This document shows positions 55,942 through 64,000 of a stretch of DNA of 64,000 nt, piece after piece (the first letter of the stretch is position 1; every line of letters begins with the position of its first letter). Under the pieces are notes generated by a model. The model was not told the origin of the DNA, did no database searches, and was given only the letters and a program-made list of their open reading frames with translations. Origin of the DNA: a virus (taxonomy: Duplodnaviria; Heunggongvirae; Uroviricota; Caudoviricetes); the IMG/VR virus record IMGVR_UViG_3300035696_000002. The stretch is one strand, 5' to 3'. The translations under genes were made by a program, and so were the position numbers.

Positions 55942-57435
55942 ATGAACGACGGACTCAAAAGAATCTTAGGCCTACTGGGCGACGAAAAACGCATCTACTA
56001 CTTCGTCGAAGACCACGAGGTCAAGCAGGAAGATTTCCAATATTGTCAGACGTTGTACCAGATCGTCTTCGGGCCAAAGGGCTATGTTGAGACGCTGGGG
56101 CCGACGTGGAACATGATCCACGATCCTCGCTTCATGCAGATCGAGAACAGCTTCATCAAAAATCGCCGGGCCTTCTTCGGCGGCAACGCCGATTCCGGCA
56201 AGCAGTACATCTTCGCCGACAACACATTCACATCCAGCATCACCGATCTCGAACAGTACGCGGAAATTCTCGGTGAAGGCCGCAACTACTACAACGTCAT
56301 CGTTCACCCCGAGGCAAAGTGCCCGATCCGCCGCTGGCTGGAACGCACGCAGACCGGGATCACTTCGATCATTCCGCACGCAGACCTTGCATGCTCCTGC
56401 CCGAGCAACGGCGACCCGCACGCACTCAAGGATGCACCCGCAGAAGAAGTCTGGGCACTCATCAGACAGGAATGCCCAAACCGTGCCTTTGAACAGAGCG
56501 GCATGACCAGCGATTACGGCGACATGGTCTTCGATCTGTTGACCAAGTGCGATCTCGTCGGCCTGATCGCTGACTACGCCATCACGCCGCTGATCGACAG
56601 CTACGTGTACATGGAGACCGGGGAAGATGTCGTCGATCATCGCGAATTCGTCAGCGATCCCCACGGAGCCAACCATCAGAAAGTGCTGAAAGAAGTTGAT
56701 CTGCTGGAGACCGCCCTGACTCAGCGTGCAGTCATGCGAATGACGGCAACAGAAGTTCTGGACAGCATCGGCTTCGGAAAACAGATTGAAAATCTGACCG
56801 GGGAGAACGAAATCGAACTGGACGATCTGGAACGGGATGAACTCCTGCGAATCGTCTACGAATCCAACTGGCCAGAAGATAAGGCCAAGGTCATGTCGGA
56901 ACTTATGCTGTTTATCAGCACCCGGCACGCGAAGACGCTTGAAGAGCGTCGGGCAATCCACATTCAGCAGTGCAAGGAAGATTCTCAGAAAACCATCCAA
57001 GGCCTGCTCAAGGGAACGATCCAGCCGATCAATCCCAGCACTGAAGGTGTCGTTGAAATCCCGAAGGATGAAAACGAGAAGGAAGTGCTGTTCTACGCTG
57101 ATCTGATGGCCGCTTTGCAGAAGAACCCATTCAAGGCGGAACTCTTCATGCTCTACACCGACGCCGAACTGAAGGGCAACCGGGCGGTCGTGGAGATGCT
57201 TGCCCCGATCTTCGCTGACCCGAACTATTCGCTCGACGAGATCGGCTACTACAATTTCCTGAAGGCCATTGCAGCAGGGGTATTGACTGATGGCAACCGC
57301 CGCAATATCCGTGCAGGCAAGGAAGACGCCATCGCCGGAACAGAAACCACTGGGACATACAAAAAGTCTGTGGTACACTATGAGGCGGAGTACAACGGCC
57401 CCAATGATCGACCAAGTAACGACCCAAAACGGTAG
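55942..57435 (+). CDS. Large acidic hypothetical protein
   Basis: 497 aa, AGGAG RBS; no family recognised. Confidence 0.7.
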   Translation: MNDGLKRILGLLGDEKRIYYFVEDHEVKQEDFQYCQTLYQIVFGPKGYVETLGPTWNMIHDPRFMQIENSFIKNRRAFFGGNADSGKQYIFADNTFTSSITDLEQYAEILGEGRNYYNVIVHPEAKCPIRRWLERTQTGITSIIPHADLACSCPSNGDPHALKDAPAEEVWALIRQECPNRAFEQSGMTSDYGDMVFDLLTKCDLVGLIADYAITPLIDSYVYMETGEDVVDHREFVSDPHGANHQKVLKEVDLLETALTQRAVMRMTATEVLDSIGFGKQIENLTGENEIELDDLERDELLRIVYESNWPEDKAKVMSELMLFISTRHAKTLEERRAIHIQQCKEDSQKTIQGLLKGTIQPINPSTEGVVEIPKDENEKEVLFYADLMAALQKNPFKAELFMLYTDAELKGNRAVVEMLAPIFADPNYSLDEIGYYNFLKAIAAGVLTDGNRRNIRAGKEDAIAGTETTGTYKKSVVHYEAEYNGPNDRPSNDPKR

Positions 57436-59655
57436 CGTTTACCTCATCGACCACGACAAGAAAACGTGGACGAAGACCAAGGAAACTGAGCGGTCAGGAC
57501 TGCTTCGCACGCCGGACGGAAGCTTTACATCGGTGTTCATCGAAATGGGCAGGGGCATGGAAATCCTGTGTCCCCCGTTTATAGAGGGTGCAATCGCCCG
57601 CCTGATTTACACAAGCGATGTAGTTCGCGTCGAACGACTTGAGGAGTAGGCTATGGCATTCAAAGTCTCCAAGGAACTCGCCGATCTGCTGAACAAAGTC
57701 AGCGAGGAAGTCAGCAAGTGGGAACCATGGCAACGCAGTCTTGATCCGCTGGGCACGCCCGAGGGTCAACGAGCAATGAATCAAGCCATCGACGATTTCA
57801 ACAGGTACTAATGTCGTACTACGAACTGCACATCACTGTCGCCGAACAAGAAAAGTGGGAGGAATTCGAGGCCCACTGCAAAACCAAACTTCTCTGCAAA
57901 TCCAACCTCATCGAACTCAGTCAGGGCCGCTATCCGCTCCAACTCATGCTTGCCAAGAAAGGCATCCTTAACACGGACGCCGAAGCACTGGAGTGGGGTG
58001 ACATTATGACGGCGTTCCTTGACATCGCAGGTTGGACTCCCATTCGCACCAAGGTTGAAGCACCGCTAGGCAGCGGGCCTGCCGCGTATTTCGAGGCTCA
58101 TTGGAAATTTGACTTGAGTTCTCCGCCCTCCAACCGTCTTGACATTTATTCGTGGGACAATATGAAACGGGCAATCGGCGAATTCACTGTTGCGTTCCCC
58201 GGCTTCATGCGGAGTCGAAACGTCGGACGACCGGGGGTTTACTACCTTTCCAAGCGTGCCTACCATTCCGATTTCGACGAGGCGATGGCGTCATTCGATC
58301 TCGGACACGAGCAGATCACCCGCTACCTGTCCTATGTCGTCCCCTGTGACGGCGTTCATTATGAACGGGTTCTGTTCGATTCCGATCCATCCATCGACGC
58401 AGGCTGGGCCTAGAAAACATGTATACGGCAACCATCTTTAGGGGGTACCCTATGGACGATTGCCCTTGCCTCATCCCAGACGAAAATGACAACTGCGTCG
58501 AGTGTGGTGAACACATCTCAATGCCAGAAGTTGCCTGCCCCGACCTCGGGGACATCGGCAGCATCATCAGGCTCATCGACCTCACCGCCAAGGGCATGAA
58601 CGTTATCCAGAAACAGAACGAAGACCCGGATCGTCCCGGCCTTCCTCGCCTCCGCATGGTTGGTCACGTCATGGTGCGAGTGGCCCACTCAACTGTCTTC
58701 CGCGACTTTCTCGTACCGTCCTACATGGCAGCACGCCAACTCGGCTATCGCGGAACGTATCAACGATGGAATGAACTTGTAGAGGAAGCCCGCGTCAGAT
58801 TATAATCGTCGCATGGCTTCAGATTCCAAGTTAGTGCCGAATTTCAACTCTGTGTTCATGGTGGGCACGTACATCCTCATCAACAATTTCGGCAAGTTGA
58901 ATGGCAAGAAAACCAACACCTATGGTGTTTGGGAAAAAGACATGCGACAGGATCAGTACGTCGCAGGCCCACCACTGGGCACGATCACGTGGCTTTCCCG
59001 TTGGAGAAAATACGCATTCAATCCCGCCCCCAACTGCTCCTTTGAAGAAATTTGCATGGGAGAAATTTCTGAATTCATCAAGAACGAAACCGCACATCAC
59101 TACGCCACACTTAAAACCAGAAAGGCCGCAGCATGAGCAATCATTTTAAGGGAAGGTTCGCTACGTTTCATTGGGAAGATGGCCGGGCAGTTGCCATCGC
59201 TCAAAGTGCAACTGGTTCGCCCAGCATGGCACTCGTCATCGACGACGTGAAAGATTTTGTACGGGAACTTGCCAAACACGAGAAGCGTGACCTGAACATC
59301 GTTTTGAAAATAGAATCTGTCCTTACCGAATTGATGCTCCGCTCACACGAGCCATGGTCAAGTCGCGTACAGGCCGACCGTATCTATGACATCGTCATGG
59401 GCCGCAGCGAAGAGGAAGTCAAGAAGCCGTGGGAACACTTCGCCGTTGGCGATCCGCCCTCTGGCGACTAACGAATCCAAGATTAGAGGCTGCATTACCT
59501 CATTGGAATGACCAAACGCAGCCCTCTAGTACCGGGGAGCACCGTCAAAGTCTCTCAAACACCTTGACACCGCTCCCCGGTTTCCCTTTTAAGCCCTTGA
59601 TTTCAAGCCACATCCAGACTGGACAAAATGCCCCTGAAACCCGTATACTTTAGGT

Positions 59656-60597
59656 ATGGCGAAACCAAAGGCACCGAAACCGGAAGCTGCACCGAAATCC
59701 ACCACTCCTGAACTCGATATTCCCGTCCAAAAAACCACTGTCAAGTCCAACTGGAAAGGCACCATGGTCATTTTCGACGGCGTGTCTGCGTTCCCCGTCA
59801 AGACCTACGTTGCGACCGACAACGATGCTTTCGAGCGTCACATGTATCACGGCTTCGTGCCCGTCATGAAAGACGGCAAGCCTGTGATGAAGGATGGCGT
59901 CGCCGAAATGCACCTGTGCGGCGGCAGCATGAAACAGGATTTGATGTCGTGCGAAATTTGCGGCACGAAGGCTGGCAAGACTGACCCGGCCATCGTCAAA
60001 GGTTTGAAGTTCGGCGACAAGCTGGTCGTGGTCACCGACGAAGCTGTGAACGCTCAGAAACCCATGAGCGATTCCACCATGAAGCTGACCGAGTACGTTG
60101 ACCCGAACGAAATCAACCCCAAGTACATCGAGAGCACCGAATACATCGCCCCGGATAAGGGCGGCGAAATCCCGTTCGCGGTTTTGGTTGCCGCGTTGCA
60201 ACGCACGAACAAAGTTGCCAAGGGCGTTCGCGTGAAGGGCGGCAAGGAACAGTACTTCGTGGTTCGCCCGGAAGGCCAGAACGGCCTCGTCCTGTCGTAC
60301 CTGTTCGCCGAGTACGAAGTCCGCAAGTGCGACAAGTGGACGCCGCTGGCAGTGCCAGACAAGGTTGTCGATCTCACGGCCAAGCTGATCGAAGCCAACA
60401 CCGTGAAGTTCACCCCGGCTCCGGCTGACCGCTTCCTGACCAACGTCCGCAAGTACGTGCGTTCGTTGTTCGACGGCACCACGGCGGCGACGGTCGAGGC
60501 ATACAAGGCCCCGGCTGCGACCGACAATCTGGAAGATGCACTGTTGAAGGCTCTGGCGAACGCTCAGGCTGCCAAGGCTGCGAAGGCTGGCAAGTAA
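59656..60597 (+). CDS. ku: Ku DNA end-binding protein
   Basis: SNWKGTMVI..FPVKTYVAT, IVKG, EINPKYIESTEYIAPD, L.YLFAEYEVR, NLEDALLKAL. Confidence 0.85.
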   Translation: MAKPKAPKPEAAPKSTTPELDIPVQKTTVKSNWKGTMVIFDGVSAFPVKTYVATDNDAFERHMYHGFVPVMKDGKPVMKDGVAEMHLCGGSMKQDLMSCEICGTKAGKTDPAIVKGLKFGDKLVVVTDEAVNAQKPMSDSTMKLTEYVDPNEINPKYIESTEYIAPDKGGEIPFAVLVAALQRTNKVAKGVRVKGGKEQYFVVRPEGQNGLVLSYLFAEYEVRKCDKWTPLAVPDKVVDLTAKLIEANTVKFTPAPADRFLTNVRKYVRSLFDGTTAATVEAYKAPAATDNLEDALLKALANAQAAKAAKAGK

Positions 60598-63500
60598 CTT
60601 CGATCTTCGGGCGTGGTTCGGTGAGGGCTCCACCTTAGACGTTTGAGTCTTGACCAACCACACCCGAAACTTTTTCAGACTGGAGGAGCGAATGAAACTG
60701 CTGCTGACAACTTCGTTGCTGTTGCTGACCGCGTCCGCCGCTCACGCACAAGAGCCGCGAACGGCGATTAAACCAGCCGACCCAATCTCCGCTCCCTCCC
60801 ATGACGTGACTATCATGTCCGGCGACGGTGAGAAGCCAGTGATCCAGCCGACTCCGCTGCCGAAGTTGAAGATTGATCTGGCGGAAGTGGCACGCCGGGT
60901 ACGGGCCGCGAGGGTCGCACTACCGAAAGCACGCACCGTAGTGAACGACGATCAACCAATCGAGACCGCTTTCCGGGAGATATTCTAATGAGCAACGTTT
61001 CACGAAGCACAGACTTTGACGATCTGCGAACAGCGATTCAACTTCTGATCGTGAGCACCTTCAAAGCTGATGGTGCACAGCCACGGGAATTCGGCTACGG
61101 GGTGATCGTCCCCAAGAAGTATTCCTTTGAAGTCAACCTGCAAGGTAAATCATGGAGCGTGTCCGGCGTTCGCGTAGTGGGCGACGTGCTGGCATCGCAC
61201 CGGGATCGCAAACCATTCTTCGTCGCCAAGGATTTGGCCGAGGCCGTTGAGAAGCTGAAAACCAAACTGATACCCGCCCTGAACGAACTTGAGGAAAACT
61301 GCAAGAAGCGGGATGCGTGGCAGAAAGAATCGGACGAGAAACGGAAGGCAGAAACCGCCCGTGTTCTGCGTGTGCTCACGGACGCTGGATTCCCTGCTGA
61401 GTCGCCTTACGCCGGGAGCATCCGGGTCAAGATCGACATCGGACAGATCGACTTCGACTATCAGCACAGCTATTGGCGTGCCAAGCTAGACCTGAATAGC
61501 GATCTCGCAAAAGATGCGGTCGCAATTCTTGCTTTGGCCAAGCGGCTGTCCGGGGCGGACGCGGCGAAAGACGCCCTCGCCGTTCTGGACGTGGCCGAGC
61601 ATCTGGCGGCGAAACAATGAACCGCGAACTCGATACCGCTCTCGTGAAGTTGCAGACGCACCTGTGCGAGAAAGACGACAACGCCGGGCTCAAGCTGTTT
61701 GACGCCGTGCGTCAGGCGATCAAGAGCAATGACGACGTGGAGAAAATCCTGCTCTACGCCGCCGACTGTGAGGCCGCGACCGCCGAGGGCTACGCTCTCC
61801 GCAAGAGTGCGTCCAAGTACGAACGGAAACGGCACGGGAACATCTGTCTCGCTCTGGAAGCGATGATTCGCACGGGGTATTTTTCCGGCAGCACCATCTA
61901 CAGTGGGGTGGACTACAAACAGCGGGTGCTGGACAGGCTGACCGGGGCGTTCCGGGCCTGTCGGGACAAGGCGGAGGAAATACGTGGTTGAAAAAACAGT
62001 AGTCATCTTCCGTAAAGACCCGCCTTCGCTTGGCGGCGACGTGTTCGCCCTATTCCCTTACGAAGAGGGGGCACCGGGGTTCTGCACGGTCTACCAACAT
62101 TGCGGAGGCCATGGAAGTGCCGATTACACCGGGTGCGTCGCCCGGTCGCGTCCGGCGAAGCCGGAAGAGTACGCCGCTCTCAAGCGGGAACTGGAATCAG
62201 CCCCGTACAAGTATGTGCTTGACGTGCGGAAGCGTGCCAGTCACAATAGACGGATGGGGGCACAATGAATCCCATTCGTGAACTGATCGAAGCTGACAAG
62301 CTGAAAGGTCGGCCAACGGAAATGTTGCTGATCGCATTCTTAGGCTTCGGCGTTTTGTGTTTTGGTCTCGGGGTCATCACAGAAGTGGCGATCACCCGGC
62401 CTGATCCGGGAAAGGACGTGCACGGCGTGCCCTGCACGATCAGTGAGGAGTGCCGATAATGGAATTCAATATCAAAGAAATCGTGAAGGACAACGTCGCC
62501 AAGTTCTCGTACCTGCGGGGCGAGAATGCCTACTATACGGTGACTCTGACGCACCCCAAGACTGAGGAGCAGAAGGTCTACATGTTCCCGGTGAGTCTCA
62601 AAGACCTCGGCGGGGCGTCGATCTTCGCCGAAATGAAGGCGATCACGCTGATGCGGTACATCCGCAAGGCGATTGCCGACTGCACCTTCGTGCCGACCAA
62701 GGATAAGCCCCGGCGTCGGTTCAAGATCACGTACCGGAACGGCGGCTATTACGTGAGCATCCCCAACTACGACGGTGGGGAGGTCGTTGAAGTATGAAAT
62801 TCTACATCAGACTCAACCTGTTGCTTGGGTCAGCGTGTTTCGTAATCATGCTGGCTCTGGCTTCAACGTTGAAGAAATAGGGCCTATGCCAAAAACCAAG
62901 ACACCGAAGAAGCGGATCGTCCGGCGAGAGGGCAACATCAAGATGTCCAAGATCGCCGGGAAGCGGGTCAAGAAAGCGAAGGGCGAACTCAACAGCGTCA
63001 GCATCGTCTGCCGGGTTGATCCGAAAACCCGCAAGGCCGAAGTTGAGGTTCAAGACCTCAAGACGAAAGAGACGTACATCATCGAAGCCGACGTGCCGCA
63101 GGGCCTCGACTTGTACGATTTCGCAGAAGAGTTCAAGCAGTACATGACAGAGAAATACGCCGGGAACATTACATCGTTGGTGGATTCAAGGTCGCCAACG
63201 GTGCCACAGGCGTAACAAGATCGGGAGGGGGATGAGCGACCTTCGGAGTCCACGTTCACGCCACTGGCGGCAGTAGCCGTTGCAGAGTCTACGTGACGAG
63301 AACTCCCTCCCGATGGCGATTTAGAGATCAAACCGGAGCCCCTTGCTTGGGGAGAAGCACTCCGGGGCGGTGGGAGCGTCCCTACAAAACCCTCTCACCT
63401 ATGATAGGGATGTGACAGGCGGGAACGAGACCGTCGTTCTTTTTGAGGAGACCATGGGCGAAGATGTTCTGATCGAAGTTGAACGTCGCAGACATGACAT

Positions 63501-63691
63501 CATGGAGACGGTTCGTGCACAAATGGCCGCAGGGCCGCTCTCCGAGGAAATCCTGTTCGAGGCCAACATTCGCCGGATGGAAGTCGAAGAGTACCTGTAC
63601 GAAGTTGAGGAGTGTCGCTTAGCGGAAATCCGGCTGGCGGAAATTATGCGGGAGAAACGGCTGGCAGACGAAGCCGCCGCAAAGGAAAACC

Positions 63692-64000
63692 ATGAAGAAG
63701 TTGACGACGAGGAGTGTCGATAAGCGAATTTACGTCGTGGCGAGTCAGAAGTCTCTGCTCCCCGGACGTGATCCGTTCATCCTGCCGCCCGGCATGATCG
63801 CCGCACAGGTGGGACATGCGGTGTCCAAGCTGCGGTACGCCATGCTCCGGCACGACATCAAGCGAGTGCTGGCGACCAAGGCCTCGGCGTCGGCGAAGCT
63901 GAAACAGATCGACACGATTCTCGGCCTCAATGACGGCGTCATGAAGCCGATCACAACCATCGTCCTCGGTGCACGTGACAACAAGGAAGTCGATCACGTG
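63692..64000 (+). CDS. Second Pth2-like protein (truncated by window end)
   Basis: Manual translation: KRIYVV...LPPGMIAAQVGHAVSKL...TTIVL. Confidence 0.65.
   Translation, partial: MKKLTTRSVDKRIYVVASQKSLLPGRDPFILPPGMIAAQVGHAVSKLRYAMLRHDIKRVLATKASASAKLKQIDTILGLNDGVMKPITTIVLGARDNKEVDHV

Noticed and set aside
55972-57378. Long minus-strand ORFs (also 59650-60663, 28960-29841, 16934-17767)
   Set aside because: Antisense shadows of + strand genes in GC-rich, codon-biased DNA, with no recognisable motifs.

Overview
This is a 64 kb segment of a large (jumbo-type) bacteriophage genome. Almost all real genes lie on the + strand as densely packed short ORFs. Secreted-protein motifs weakly suggest an Acidobacteria-like host. 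No structural or core replication genes are recognisable. Recognisable content: (i) an ABC transporter/OmpA envelope module (0.9-7.3 kb); (ii) two tRNA regions, Ser x4 plus Leu and Ile-like at 15.1-16.8 kb and Trp/His/Arg/Asn/Gln/Lys at 40-47 kb; (iii) translation-support genes (two Pth2-like genes, catalytic-core HisRS, IF3 C-domain, MetAP, RNA ligase-like, RlaP-like nucleotidyltransferase); (iv) Ku, ferredoxin, HNH nucleases and an ATP-grasp protein. Three observations stand out. (1) A stand-alone Cas7/RAMP-like gene and an accessory gene are flanked by two non-coding arrays of GGY-NN pentamers punctuated by GGCA, a candidate RNA-guided system with a gapped code (47.7-49.4 kb). (2) Two leader-peptide transcription attenuators have control codons that match the tRNA arrays they precede. 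(3) An RF2-style +1 frameshift site on a His codon lies in the HisRS-like gene. All calls were made by eye; no searches or folding programs were run.
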